From the NCBI GenBank assembly GCA_039795575.1, contig JBDKLP010000045.1, forward strand, positions 20,552-84,551: a stretch of DNA of 64,000 bases, written 5' to 3'. The stretch comes from Bacteroidota bacterium (GTDB lineage Bacteria > Bacteroidota > Bacteroidia > Chitinophagales > Chitinophagaceae). The translations under genes were made by a program, and so were the position numbers. Within the stretch, counting starts at the first letter, position 1, and each line of letters opens with the position of its first letter. Below, one piece after another: positions 20,837-31,146 of the stretch. The notes below the pieces were generated by a model. It had not been told where the DNA came from. It ran no database searches and saw nothing but the letters and a program-made list of their open reading frames with translations.

Positions 20837-21904
20837 ATGCAATTTGATATCAAAAAAATAGTAAGACCCAATATTGAAAAATTAAAGCCCTATTCTTCGG
20901 CAAAAGATGAATACAGTGGAGAAGCACGCATCTTATTAGATGCCAACGAGAATAGTTTGGGATCTCCTTTAACCAAGTGGTACAATCGATACCCCGATCC
21001 ATACCAATCCGAAATTAAAGAGAAGCTTGCGTTTATTAAAAAAATAACAGCTTCAAAAATATTTTTAGGCAATGGAAGCGATGAAATTATTGATTTATTG
21101 TTTCGTGCTTTTTGTGAACCTGGTAAGGATAATATTATTATTTGTCCGCCCACTTATCCCATGTATGAAGTGAATGCGAATATCAATAATATTGGTATTC
21201 AATCTGCCCCTTTGCTTCCCGATTTTCAATTAAATGTGGCGCATATTGAACAGTTGGTCAATGAAAATACCAAGATCATTTGGATTTGTTCACCCAATAA
21301 TCCTACAGGTAATTCTTTGGATCGAATTGATATCGAAACCATTTTGAATCATTTTAATGGATTGGTAGTAGTGGATGAAGCCTATATTAATTTTTCCAAA
21401 CAAAAATCCTTTGTACAGTCATTAGAGGATTATCCCAATTTGGTGGTGTTACAAACCTTGAGTAAAGCATGGGGATTGGCAGGATTGAGAGTGGGGATGT
21501 GTTTTGCTAGTGAAGCTATTGTGGGATACTTAAATAAAGTGAAAGCCCCTTATAATATTAGTTTGGTGGCGCAGGAGTTGGTATTAAAAGCCCTTGATGA
21601 AGTAGGACAAGTAAATGATATGATTCAACATTTGGTGGAAATGCGTATTGCACTTGCCGAGGTCATTGCTTCCATGCCACATGTTCAAAAAGTGTATCCA
21701 TCTGACACTAATTTTTTATTGGTTAAAATACCACAGGCATCCGACCTATATCGTCATTTATGCGCTAAGGGCATTATAGTGAGAGATCGTTCTAGCCTGC
21801 CTAATTGTGAAGACAGTATTCGTATTACAGTGGGTAATGAACAAGAAAATACTGAATTGGTAGATGCCATGGCAGCTTGGATTGAAGCAAATTTTCCATC
21901 ATAA
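20837..21904 (+). CDS. hisC: Histidinol-phosphate aminotransferase
   Basis: LDANEN, NRYPD, GNGSDE, CSPNNPTG, DEAY, TLSKAWGLAGLR. Confidence 0.97.
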   Translation: MQFDIKKIVRPNIEKLKPYSSAKDEYSGEARILLDANENSLGSPLTKWYNRYPDPYQSEIKEKLAFIKKITASKIFLGNGSDEIIDLLFRAFCEPGKDNIIICPPTYPMYEVNANINNIGIQSAPLLPDFQLNVAHIEQLVNENTKIIWICSPNNPTGNSLDRIDIETILNHFNGLVVVDEAYINFSKQKSFVQSLEDYPNLVVLQTLSKAWGLAGLRVGMCFASEAIVGYLNKVKAPYNISLVAQELVLKALDEVGQVNDMIQHLVEMRIALAEVIASMPHVQKVYPSDTNFLLVKIPQASDLYRHLCAKGIIVRDRSSLPNCEDSIRITVGNEQENTELVDAMAAWIEANFPS

Positions 21905-21929
21905 TTTTTCGTAAGCAAAAACATTAAAA

Positions 21930-23060
21930 ATGAGACCCATTTTATTTATAGATCGAGACGGAGTTATTTTAGAAGAACCTCAATCGGATTTTCAAATTGA
22001 TAGTATTGAAAAAACAAGTTTTGTACCAGGTGCTATTTCATACTTATCCAAAATAGCTCGTGAATTTGGATACCATAAAGTAATGGTGACCAATCAAGAT
22101 GGATTGGGTACGGCTAGTTATCCAATGGAACAATTCGAACCCTACCAACAATTAATGTTACGTACTTTAGGGGGAGAAGGTTTCGTGTTTGATGAAATAT
22201 TTATTGATGATAGTTTTGCTGCGGATAATAAGCCTACGCGTAAGCCGGGCATAGGAATGCTTACACATTTATTAAACAATGTACATTTTGATATACATCA
22301 TTCTTATGTAATTGGAGATAGATGGAGTGATATTGCGCTGGCTAAAAATATAGGTTGTAAAGCCATTTATTTAAAATCCCCCTTACATCATTTAACTCCT
22401 GAACAGGAGTTGGATTTAAGGCCAATCATTGCTTATGAAGCCAATAATTGGGCTGAAATTTATAGCTTTTTAAAATTAGGATTAAGGAAAGTATCTCATG
22501 TGCGCAATACAAAGGAGACTAAAATAAAAGTGGAATTAAATTTAGATGGCAAAGGAGATGCTAAAATTGAAACAGGATTAGGTTTCTTTGATCATATGTT
22601 GGAGCAAATTGCTCGTCATGGTGCATTGGATTTGCAAATTCATTGTGAAGGTGACTTACATATCGATGAACACCATACTATCGAAGATATAGGTATCGCT
22701 TTGGGTGAAGCTTTTGCTTTAGGACTAATGGATAAAAGAGGAATGGAGCGATATGGATACGCTTTACCAATGGATGAGGCCGAAGCAAAAGTTTTGATTG
22801 ATTTTGGAGGCAGGAATTGGATTGTTTGGGATGCTGAATTTAAACGCGAGAAAGTAGGAGAAATGCCTACTGAAATGTTTTTTCACTTTTTCAAATCCTT
22901 TAGTGATGCCGCTAAAGCCAATTTAAACATTAGTTGCAAAGGTGATAATGAGCACCATAAAATTGAAGCTATTTTCAAAGCCTTTGCCAAATCCATTAAA
23001 ATGGCTGTGAAGCGCAATCCAGACAGCGATGCCTTGCCCAGTACCAAGGGAGTTTTATAG
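21930..23060 (+). CDS. hisB: Bifunctional histidinol-phosphatase / imidazoleglycerol-phosphate dehydratase
   Basis: FIDRDG HAD domain, TNQDG, RKP; then GFFDHML, DEHHTIED, PMDE, NEHHKIEAIFK. Confidence 0.97.
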   Translation: MRPILFIDRDGVILEEPQSDFQIDSIEKTSFVPGAISYLSKIAREFGYHKVMVTNQDGLGTASYPMEQFEPYQQLMLRTLGGEGFVFDEIFIDDSFAADNKPTRKPGIGMLTHLLNNVHFDIHHSYVIGDRWSDIALAKNIGCKAIYLKSPLHHLTPEQELDLRPIIAYEANNWAEIYSFLKLGLRKVSHVRNTKETKIKVELNLDGKGDAKIETGLGFFDHMLEQIARHGALDLQIHCEGDLHIDEHHTIEDIGIALGEAFALGLMDKRGMERYGYALPMDEAEAKVLIDFGGRNWIVWDAEFKREKVGEMPTEMFFHFFKSFSDAAKANLNISCKGDNEHHKIEAIFKAFAKSIKMAVKRNPDSDALPSTKGVL

Positions 23061-23115
23061 GATACTAACAGCCGATAGCCGCTTTTAAGCCAATTTGCTT
23101 ATAGTGTAGATTTTT

Positions 23116-23147
23116 TTTGGCAAGGATGGGGCAAATCTGTAAATTTG
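23116..23147 (+). promoter_or_regulatory. Internal sigma-A promoter for the trp block
   Basis: TTTG at 23116-23119 and TAAATTTG at 23140-23147, 20 nt apart. Confidence 0.75.
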
Positions 23148-23164
23148 TACTAGAAATAAAGACA

Positions 23165-23221
23165 ATGATTAAATTAAACAATATGTGGTGGTGGCATACA
23201 AACTCCGTTGGGGTATTGTAA
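23165..23221 (+). CDS. trpL: trp leader peptide MIKLNNMWWWHTNSVGVL (alternative start at ATG 23183)
   Basis: Three tandem TGG codons at 23186-23194, then CAT; terminator hairpin follows before trpE. Confidence 0.9.
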   Translation: MIKLNNMWWWHTNSVGVL

Positions 23222-23249
23222 TGACATAACTATTATTGTCAAAATATAC

Positions 23250-23286
23250 ATAAACCCCGACATAGATTGTCGGGGTTTATTTTTTT
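23250..23286 (+). terminator. trp attenuator terminator
   Basis: ATAAACCCCGACA-tagat-TGTCGGGGTTTAT plus T-run; antiterminator GTTGGGGT (23207-23214) pairs with ACCCCGAC (23254-23261). Confidence 0.9.
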
Positions 23287-23330
23287 ATCAAAGTCAAGCA
23301 AATAAAGAGCGTTAAAGAATTTAGAAGGAT

Positions 23331-24743
23331 ATGCAAAAAAAGCAAATAACAACTACAGTGACCAGCATGCTGGCGGACACTTTTACCCCTGTGGGTATTT
23401 ATCTTCGATTAAGAGATCGATTCAGAGATACTTTATTATTGGAAAGTACCGACTCGCATGCATCAGAAAATAGCTATTCATTTATTTGTGTAAATGCAAT
23501 TGGTGGAATTGAAATTTCATCTTACAATCAAATTGAATATAAATATCCTAATCAAGATCCAGCAAAAGAAACTATCCAAAATGTACATGCAGCACCCGAT
23601 CGCCTTTGGTCTTATATGCAGCATTATGAAATGAAGGGGCAGGAAGTAAAAGAAGCTGCTTTTGCGCAAGGTTTATATGGATATACTGCTTATGATGCGA
23701 TTCCATTTTTTGACACCATACAATTTAAAGAGGGCGCAGATGTCGTGCCATTAATGCGCTATCGTCTGTATCAATATGTGATTGCATTCAATCATTTTAA
23801 AGATGAAATTTTTATTTGTGAAAATAAATTAGAGGGTATTGTATCGGAATATGATGCGCTGGTTTCTTATATTAAGAGTAAAGATGTACCTCAGTATCCA
23901 TTTAGTTTACAAGGGGAAGAAACCTCTAATTTAACCGATGAGCAATATCGCGAATCTGTAAAGAAAGGTATTCAACATTGTATGCGTGGTGATGTGTTTC
24001 AAATTGTATTAAGTAGAAGATTTCAGCAGTCCTTTCAAGGGGATGAATTTAATGTATACCGTACCTTGAGAAATATCAATCCTTCTCCTTATTTATTTTT
24101 CTTTGATTATGGGGACTATAAATTAATGGGGTCTTCTCCCGAAGCACAAATTATTATTAATAATGGAAAAGCAGTGGTGCATCCCATTGCAGGGACATTT
24201 AAGCGTACAGGAGACGCTGCCCTTGATGCATCTAGGACGCAAGAATTATTAGCAGATCCCAAAGAGAATGCCGAACATGTAATGTTGGTAGATTTAGCGC
24301 GCAATGATTTAAGCAGGGTTTGTACTGAAGTGCGCGTAAAACAATATCGTCAAGTACATTATTATAGTCATGTAATTCATTTGGTGAGTGAGGTAGAGGG
24401 TACTGTTGCTGAAGGTGCCAATCCATTTCATTTGATTGCAAAAACATTTCCAGCAGGCACCTTAAGTGGTGCGCCAAAGTATAAGGCCATGCAAATTATT
24501 GATGCAATAGAGCCTACTAAACGTTCTTATTATGGAGGCTGTATTGGATATGTTGGATTTAATGGTACTTGCAATCAAGCCATTATGATACGCACTTTTT
24601 TAAGTCAACAAAATACTTTAACCTACCAAGCTGGTGCAGGTGTAGTGGCTGCAAGTGTTCCGGAAAGTGAATTGCAAGAAGTTAATAACAAATTGAATGC
24701 CCTTAAAAAAGCAATGGTGATGGCAGAAAAAATTCATCAATAA
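23331..24743 (+). CDS. trpE: Anthranilate synthase component I
   Basis: DTFTP, LLES, GDVFQIVLS, NPSPY, GSSPE, PIAGT, KENAEHVMLVDLARND, FPAGTLSGAPK. Confidence 0.97.
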   Translation: MQKKQITTTVTSMLADTFTPVGIYLRLRDRFRDTLLLESTDSHASENSYSFICVNAIGGIEISSYNQIEYKYPNQDPAKETIQNVHAAPDRLWSYMQHYEMKGQEVKEAAFAQGLYGYTAYDAIPFFDTIQFKEGADVVPLMRYRLYQYVIAFNHFKDEIFICENKLEGIVSEYDALVSYIKSKDVPQYPFSLQGEETSNLTDEQYRESVKKGIQHCMRGDVFQIVLSRRFQQSFQGDEFNVYRTLRNINPSPYLFFFDYGDYKLMGSSPEAQIIINNGKAVVHPIAGTFKRTGDAALDASRTQELLADPKENAEHVMLVDLARNDLSRVCTEVRVKQYRQVHYYSHVIHLVSEVEGTVAEGANPFHLIAKTFPAGTLSGAPKYKAMQIIDAIEPTKRSYYGGCIGYVGFNGTCNQAIMIRTFLSQQNTLTYQAGAGVVAASVPESELQEVNNKLNALKKAMVMAEKIHQ

Positions 24744-24784
24744 ATTGAATAGGAGCATATTTATTTTAGCAAAAAAAGTAAAAA

Positions 24785-25354
24785 ATGAAAATATTAGTTT
24801 TTGATAATTATGATTCTTTCACTTACAACTTGGTACAGCTCATCAAAGAATTGGCTATGGATGCAAGGGTAGATGTATATAGAAATGACGAGATTGCTTT
24901 GGAAAAAGTAAAGGATTATGATAAGATCTTATTATCACCTGGGCCTGGTATTCCGTCGGAATCAGGTTTATTATTGCCCTTGATTAAGGAATATGCAGCA
25001 ACCAAATCTATCTTTGGAGTTTGCTTAGGCCAACAAGCAATTGGGGAATCATTTGGAGGTAGTTTGAGCAATTTGAGTAAGGTTTACCACGGTATTGCTA
25101 CATCGGTACATATTACCCAGCCTTCGATTTTGTTTGATGGATTGCCATCCAGCTTTCAGGTAGGACGTTATCACAGTTGGGTAGTGAATGAAAAAGATTT
25201 GCCAAAGGAGTTAATTGTTACCTCAAAGGACGATGAAGGATATATCATGTCTTTGGAACATAGTAATTACGATGTGAAAGGAGTGCAATATCATCCTGAA
25301 AGTGTATTAACTCCTGACGGCGCAAAAATTATAGCCAACTGGTTAAAAAAATAA
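24785..25354 (+). CDS. trpG: Anthranilate synthase component II (glutamine amidotransferase)
   Basis: DNYDSFTYNL, SPGPG, GVCLG, RYHSW, QYHPES. Confidence 0.96.
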   Translation: MKILVFDNYDSFTYNLVQLIKELAMDARVDVYRNDEIALEKVKDYDKILLSPGPGIPSESGLLLPLIKEYAATKSIFGVCLGQQAIGESFGGSLSNLSKVYHGIATSVHITQPSILFDGLPSSFQVGRYHSWVVNEKDLPKELIVTSKDDEGYIMSLEHSNYDVKGVQYHPESVLTPDGAKIIANWLKK

Positions 25355-25355
25355 A

Positions 25356-26348
25356 ATGAAAAAATTATTACAATATTTATTTGAACATAAAACCTTGTCG
25401 CGTGAACAAGCCAAGGAAGTATTGATTCAAATTTCACAAGGCACATACAATGAACATGAAGTCACTTCCTTTGTGACCGTATTTTTAATGCGAAGTATTA
25501 CCATAGAGGAATTAATGGGCTTTAGAGATGCGTTATTGTCTTTGGCAGTAAAAGTGAATCTAGGCATTGATAATGCAATAGATATTGTGGGTACAGGTGG
25601 TGATGGTAAAGATACTTTCAATATTTCCACATTGGCATGTTTTATTGTAGCTGGTGCAGGACAACCCGTAGTAAAACATGGTAACTATGGTGCATCTAGC
25701 GTGAGTGGGTCTTCCAATGTAATGGAGCAGTTGGGATATTCATTTAAAAACGATCAAGTTCAATTAAGCAAGGAAGTGAAAGAAGCGGGTATTTGTTTTT
25801 TACATGCACCCTTATTTCACCCTGCACTAAAAACGGTAGGCCCTATTCGACGCAATATTGGAGTACGCACTTTCTTTAATATGCTAGGCCCAATTGTTAA
25901 TCCAGCACAACCCAAATATCAATTGATTGGTGTATACAATTTAGAAATGGCTCGTATTTACAATTACGTCCTTCAATCCTTGGGAAAGGAGTTTACATTA
26001 ATCAATAGCTTGGATGGGTATGATGAAATATCCTTAACTGCCGATACAAAAATCGTAACCAATAAAGGAGAGTTTACTATGTCGCCCTATGCCCTTGGTA
26101 AAAAACGTGTATTGCCATCCGATTTAACAGGAGGCAACACAGTACAAGAAGCGGCAGCTATTTTTAAAAATATCATTGAAGGCAAAGGAACTTGGTCGCA
26201 AAATGCAGTGGTTTTAGCCAATGCGGCCATGGCATTAAACCTAACAGGCAAATATGATAACTATGAGCAAGCTTATCAAGCTGCGGTAACAAGTTTAGAA
26301 ACGGGGGCAGCCAATCAATGTTTACAAACGCTAATCCAATTGCAATAA
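25356..26348 (+). CDS. trpD: Anthranilate phosphoribosyltransferase
   Basis: DIVGTGGDG, FNIST, KHGN, RTFFNMLGP, GYDE. Confidence 0.97.
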   Translation: MKKLLQYLFEHKTLSREQAKEVLIQISQGTYNEHEVTSFVTVFLMRSITIEELMGFRDALLSLAVKVNLGIDNAIDIVGTGGDGKDTFNISTLACFIVAGAGQPVVKHGNYGASSVSGSSNVMEQLGYSFKNDQVQLSKEVKEAGICFLHAPLFHPALKTVGPIRRNIGVRTFFNMLGPIVNPAQPKYQLIGVYNLEMARIYNYVLQSLGKEFTLINSLDGYDEISLTADTKIVTNKGEFTMSPYALGKKRVLPSDLTGGNTVQEAAAIFKNIIEGKGTWSQNAVVLANAAMALNLTGKYDNYEQAYQAAVTSLETGAANQCLQTLIQLQ

Positions 26349-27133
26349 TGAGTAAAAATATTTTAGCAAGCATCGTTGAGACCAAATTGGTTGAAGTGGC
26401 GGATAGAAAAAAGCAAATTAATATTGCGCAATTGGAGGCAATGCCCTTATTTGCAAAATCATGTCCTTCCTTAAAACAAAATATTCAAGCTGAACATTCC
26501 ACCGGTATCATTGCTGAATTTAAAAGAAAGTCGCCTTCCAAGGGCTTGATTAATGGAACGGCATCGGTAGCCGAAGTGACAACTGCTTATGCGCAATTTG
26601 GTGCAGCAGGAATATCGGTTTTGACAGATGGTTCTTATTTTGGAGGAAGTTTAGCCGATTTAAGCAAGGCAGTCCAATTGCCCATACCTGTATTGCGTAA
26701 AGAATTTATAGTAGATGAATTTCAAATCATAGAAGCGAAGGCTTACGGCGCCTCTGTTATTTTATTAATTGCAGCTTGCTTAACACCAAATCAAGTTGAA
26801 CTGTTTGCGCGTGAGGCAAAAGCATTGGGGATGGAAGTATTGTTGGAATTGCATGATGCAACAGAATTAGGACATATTACCGATGAAGTAGATTTGGTGG
26901 GCATTAACAATCGAAGTTTAAAATCATTTGAAGTAAATATTGAACATTCTCTACAGTTAAAAAGTCAATTGCCTAAGGGGAAATTAAGTATTGCGGAAAG
27001 TGGCATTTATGATTTGACTACTTATCAGTTACTAAAACAAGAAGGATTTGATGGCTTTTTGATGGGTGAATATTTTATGAAACAAGCCAATCCCGCATTG
27101 GCATTTGAAACATTTGTAAAAGCAATTCAATAA
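26348..27133 (+). CDS. trpC: Indole-3-glycerol phosphate synthase
   Basis: IIAEFKRKSPSKG, ISVLTD, LRKEFI, GINNR, AESGI; start coupled to the trpD stop (TAATG at 26346-26350). Confidence 0.97.
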   Translation: MSKNILASIVETKLVEVADRKKQINIAQLEAMPLFAKSCPSLKQNIQAEHSTGIIAEFKRKSPSKGLINGTASVAEVTTAYAQFGAAGISVLTDGSYFGGSLADLSKAVQLPIPVLRKEFIVDEFQIIEAKAYGASVILLIAACLTPNQVELFAREAKALGMEVLLELHDATELGHITDEVDLVGINNRSLKSFEVNIEHSLQLKSQLPKGKLSIAESGIYDLTTYQLLKQEGFDGFLMGEYFMKQANPALAFETFVKAIQ

Positions 27134-27141
27134 CAAATAAA

Positions 27142-27801
27142 ATGAGGATATTGAAAATTAAAGTTTGCGGAATGACACAAATCCAAGAAGCTCTTGCATT
27201 AACTACAATGGGAGTGGATGCCATTGGCTTTATTTTTTATGCACCTTCTAAAAGATATGTTTTGAATCATTTGAGTTTGGAGAATATTCAATCATTTAAG
27301 CCGGTACATGCAAAAAAGATAGGGGTATTTGTAAATGAACCCATCGAAACTTTGGTACAAATTGTGAAAGATGCAAATTTAGATGCAGTGCAATTGCATG
27401 GCGATGAAGATGAAGATTATTTTGTGAACTTAAGTGTAGCGCTACGTAATAGTCAATTAGATAAAGTGAAGCTAATTAAAGTATTTAGGGTAAGTGATAA
27501 GATGCCCGAATTAGGTCCTTTTGAAAAACTGGCTGATTATTATTTGTTTGATACGGATAGTAAAATGTATGGCGGAACAGGTACTCATTTTAATTGGGAA
27601 TTGTTAAAAGGCAATACCATTGGGAAACCCTATTTTTTAAGCGGAGGGATTGGTCCTAATGATATCGGTGGCATTGAAGTAATGAAAAAAAACAAAGCAG
27701 GTAATGATTTATATGCAGTTGATGTAAACAGTCAATTTGAAATCAGTCCTGGTATTAAAAATATTGAAAAAATAAAAACCTTTATAGATGCACTCATTTA
27801 A
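27142..27801 (+). CDS. trpF: Phosphoribosylanthranilate isomerase
   Basis: [38 protein letters not shown]. Confidence 0.95.
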   Translation: MRILKIKVCGMTQIQEALALTTMGVDAIGFIFYAPSKRYVLNHLSLENIQSFKPVHAKKIGVFVNEPIETLVQIVKDANLDAVQLHGDEDEDYFVNLSVALRNSQLDKVKLIKVFRVSDKMPELGPFEKLADYYLFDTDSKMYGGTGTHFNWELLKGNTIGKPYFLSGGIGPNDIGGIEVMKKNKAGNDLYAVDVNSQFEISPGIKNIEKIKTFIDALI

Positions 27802-29002
27802 TTCAACTATCAATTATCAGGATCCTAATTCAGAAGGCTATTATGGCAACTTTGGCGGTGCTTATATTCCCGAAATGTTATATGGAAATGTACAAACCTT
27901 AAAAGACCAGTATTTGCAAATCATGCAAGATCCAAGCTTTCAAAAAGAGTTTCAGGAATTGTTAAGAGACTATGTGGGTAGGCCCACGCCCTTGTTTTAT
28001 GCAGAAAGACTCAGTAAAGAAATTGGAGCCAAAATCTATTTGAAACGCGAAGACTTATGTCATACAGGTGCGCATAAAATCAACAATACCATTGGCCAAA
28101 TTTTGTTGGCACAACGTTTAGGAAAGAAAAAAATTATTGCAGAAACAGGAGCGGGGCAGCATGGTGTGGCTACTGCAACAGTTTGTGCATTGAAAGGATT
28201 AGATTGTGTGGTGTATATGGGAGAAAAGGATATTGAGCGTCAAGCGCCCAATGTGGCAAGGATGAAAATGTTGGGAGCAAAAGTAATACCTGCTACCAGT
28301 GGAAGTAAAACTTTAAAAGATGCTACCAACGAAGCGATTCGAGCTTGGATCAATGAGCCAAATGAAACGCACTATATTATTGGAAGTGTGGTAGGCCCTC
28401 ATCCTTATCCTGATATGGTTGCGCGTTTTCAAAGCGTAATTAGTGAAGAAATTCGCAAGCAGTTAAAGGAGAAGACAGGATCGGAATTACCTACACATGT
28501 AGTAGCATGTGTAGGAGGTGGCTCCAATGCGGCGGGTGCTTTTTATCATTTTTTAAACGAGGCTACCGTAGAATTGGTAGCTGTAGAAGCGGCTGGACAT
28601 GGAGTCCATTCAGGAATGAGTGCTGCTACCACGCAATTAGGTAAGCCTGGTATTTTACATGGCAGTAAAAGTATCCTAATGCAAACACCTGATGGGCAAG
28701 TAGTAGAGCCTCATAGTATAAGTGCAGGTTTGGATTACCCAGGTATTGGTCCCTTACATGCTTTTTTATATGAAAGCAAGCGAGGACATTTTATGAGTGC
28801 TACCGACGAAGAGGCGCTAATGGCTGCTTTTCATTTGTCTAAAATTGAAGGCATTATTCCTGCTTTGGAATCGGCACACGCATTTTCGGTATTGCCTCAA
28901 TTAAAATTGAAATCAACCGACACCGTGGTGGTTTGTTTAAGTGGAAGAGGGGACAAGGATTTGGCAACTTATATGCAAGCAATGGAAACGAATAAATATT
29001 AA
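27788..29002 (+). CDS. trpB: Tryptophan synthase beta chain
   Basis: [49 protein letters not shown]. Confidence 0.98.
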   Translation: MHSFNSTINYQDPNSEGYYGNFGGAYIPEMLYGNVQTLKDQYLQIMQDPSFQKEFQELLRDYVGRPTPLFYAERLSKEIGAKIYLKREDLCHTGAHKINNTIGQILLAQRLGKKKIIAETGAGQHGVATATVCALKGLDCVVYMGEKDIERQAPNVARMKMLGAKVIPATSGSKTLKDATNEAIRAWINEPNETHYIIGSVVGPHPYPDMVARFQSVISEEIRKQLKEKTGSELPTHVVACVGGGSNAAGAFYHFLNEATVELVAVEAAGHGVHSGMSAATTQLGKPGILHGSKSILMQTPDGQVVEPHSISAGLDYPGIGPLHAFLYESKRGHFMSATDEEALMAAFHLSKIEGIIPALESAHAFSVLPQLKLKSTDTVVVCLSGRGDKDLATYMQAMETNKY

Positions 29003-29004
29003 TT

Positions 29005-29775
29005 ATGTCAAGGTTAGCAGCTTTATTTAACAATCAGAAAGAAAGAGTATTGAATGTGTATTGCACAGCTGGTTTTCCGCAGTTGGATAGCACTTTGAAA
29101 GTAATGGAAAGTTTACAAGGTAATGGGGCCAATATCATTGAATTGGGTATGCCTTATAGCGATCCTTTGGCCGATGGGGAAGTGATTCAGTCAAGTGGCA
29201 ATATTGCATTAACAAATGGAATGACCATTGATGTCTTGTTCAAGCAATTGGCAACCATGCGCAATAGCATTCATATACCTGTAATATTGATGGGTTATAT
29301 GAATCCCATTTTACAATATGGTTTTGAAGCTTTTTGTAAGCAAGCAAAAGCAGTAGGTGTGGATGGCTTGATTTTACCCGACCTTCCCTTATTTGAATTT
29401 CAAAATGAATACGGGAAAATAATAAACGAAAATGGATTAGATTTTGTGTTCTTGGTAACTCCAGAAACGCCCGAAGCACGCTTAAAGCAATTAGATGCTT
29501 TAAGTACAGGCTTCTTATATGCGGTGAGTTCTTCTGCAACTACTGGTAAGGATAAGGATTTTAATCAAGTGTCTTTGTATTTGCAAAAACTACAATCCAT
29601 GAAATTAAAAAACCCAGTATTGGTTGGATTTGGTATAAAGGACAAACAAACATTTGATGCAGTATGTACTTATTCAAATGGAGCAATTATAGGATCTGCT
29701 TATATAAATGCCCTGCAAAATGGCAAGGATATCAATAACACCACTCAGGTTTTTTTAGAAGGGGTATTAAAATAA
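29005..29775 (+). CDS. trpA: Tryptophan synthase alpha chain
   Basis: IELGMPYSDPLADG, MGYMNP, DGLILPDLP, VGFGI, IIGSA. Confidence 0.97.
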   Translation: MSRLAALFNNQKERVLNVYCTAGFPQLDSTLKVMESLQGNGANIIELGMPYSDPLADGEVIQSSGNIALTNGMTIDVLFKQLATMRNSIHIPVILMGYMNPILQYGFEAFCKQAKAVGVDGLILPDLPLFEFQNEYGKIINENGLDFVFLVTPETPEARLKQLDALSTGFLYAVSSSATTGKDKDFNQVSLYLQKLQSMKLKNPVLVGFGIKDKQTFDAVCTYSNGAIIGSAYINALQNGKDINNTTQVFLEGVLK

Positions 29776-29785
29776 AAGGGAAAGC

Positions 29786-30376
29786 ATGGAAATTGCAATT
29801 GTAAAATATAATGCTGGAAATATACAGTCGGTCTTGTATGCATTGGAACGTGTAGGAGTAAGTGCAATAGTTACCGATGATGTAGAGCTATTAAAGAAGG
29901 CCGATAAAGTGATTTTTCCTGGAGTAGGAGAGGCAAGTACAGCGATGACTTATTTGCAATCAAGAGGATTAGATACACTAATAAAAGATCTTGAGCAGCC
30001 CGTTTTAGGTATTTGCTTGGGCATGCAATTAATGTGTGCGCATTCGGAGGAAAACAATACCCATTGTTTGGGTTTGTTTGATGAACAAGTTAAATTATTT
30101 ATACCCGCCGATGCAAGTATAAAAGTGCCTCAAATTGGTTGGAATACCATTAATGAATTGAAAACTCCTTTGTTCAAGGGAGTGCAGGAAGATAGTTATG
30201 CTTATTTTGTACATAGCTATTATGCTGCCTTAGGTACGCATACCATTGCCTCTACTCATTATGTTCAGCCTTATAGTTGCGCTTTACATAAAGACAATTT
30301 TTATGGAGTGCAGTTTCATCCGGAGAAATCAGCGCAGGTAGGTGCTCAAATTATTGAAAACTTTTTAAGCTTATAA
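29786..30376 (+). CDS. hisH: Imidazole glycerol phosphate synthase, glutamine amidotransferase subunit
   Basis: YNAGNIQSV, FPGVG, GICLGMQ, VPQIGWN, YFVHSY, QFHPEKS. Confidence 0.97.
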   Translation: MEIAIVKYNAGNIQSVLYALERVGVSAIVTDDVELLKKADKVIFPGVGEASTAMTYLQSRGLDTLIKDLEQPVLGICLGMQLMCAHSEENNTHCLGLFDEQVKLFIPADASIKVPQIGWNTINELKTPLFKGVQEDSYAYFVHSYYAALGTHTIASTHYVQPYSCALHKDNFYGVQFHPEKSAQVGAQIIENFLSL

Positions 30377-30377
30377 T

Positions 30378-31103
30378 ATGCAAATTATTCCAGCCATTGA
30401 TTTAATTGAAGGGAAATGTGTGCGTTTGACCGAAGGGGATTATGCACAAAAAAAAATATACAATGAAGATCCGTTGGAAGTAGCAAAGGCTTTTGAAGGG
30501 ATTGGATTGATGCGTTTGCATTTAGTAGACTTGGATGGTGCAAAGGCAGGCGAGGTTGTGAATTGGAAAGTGTTGGAGAAAATTGCCAATCATACGAGTT
30601 TGCAAATTGATTTTGGAGGCGGTATCAAAAAAGAAACCACTTTGAAAAACGTTTTCGATACCGGGGCAATTTATGCGACCATTGGAAGTTTAGCAGTAAA
30701 GAGCAGGCCTGTTTTTGAAGAATGGATTGAAAGATATGGCGCCAATTCTTTTCTTTTAGGAGCCGATGTGTTTGAAGAAAAAATTGCAATAGGAGGTTGG
30801 TTAGAAAAAACCAATATTGATATATATGATTTTATGCAATCCTATATCAACAAAGGGTTGACGCAAATATTCTGTACTGACATTCAAAAAGATGGGAAGT
30901 TAGAAGGCCCTTCGATTGATTTGTATCAAAAAATTATTGCAAAATTCGAACAATTACACCTCATTGCAAGTGGAGGTGTGAGTAATTTGGAGGACTTGCA
31001 TCAGTTGCGCGCCATTGGATGTTCAGCGGCCATTGTAGGTAAAGCTATTTATGAAAACCGAATTCGTCTAAACGAATTGCAAATTTTCCAAGAACAACAA
31101 TAA
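30378..31103 (+). CDS. hisA: ProFAR isomerase
   Basis: IIPAIDL, VRLTEGDY, HLVDLDGA, GGGI, TDIQKDG, IASGGV. Confidence 0.97.
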   Translation: MQIIPAIDLIEGKCVRLTEGDYAQKKIYNEDPLEVAKAFEGIGLMRLHLVDLDGAKAGEVVNWKVLEKIANHTSLQIDFGGGIKKETTLKNVFDTGAIYATIGSLAVKSRPVFEEWIERYGANSFLLGADVFEEKIAIGGWLEKTNIDIYDFMQSYINKGLTQIFCTDIQKDGKLEGPSIDLYQKIIAKFEQLHLIASGGVSNLEDLHQLRAIGCSAAIVGKAIYENRIRLNELQIFQEQQ

Positions 31104-31146
31104 GCTCTTTCGATTATTTAATTGAATCGTATTAATTATAAAGAAC

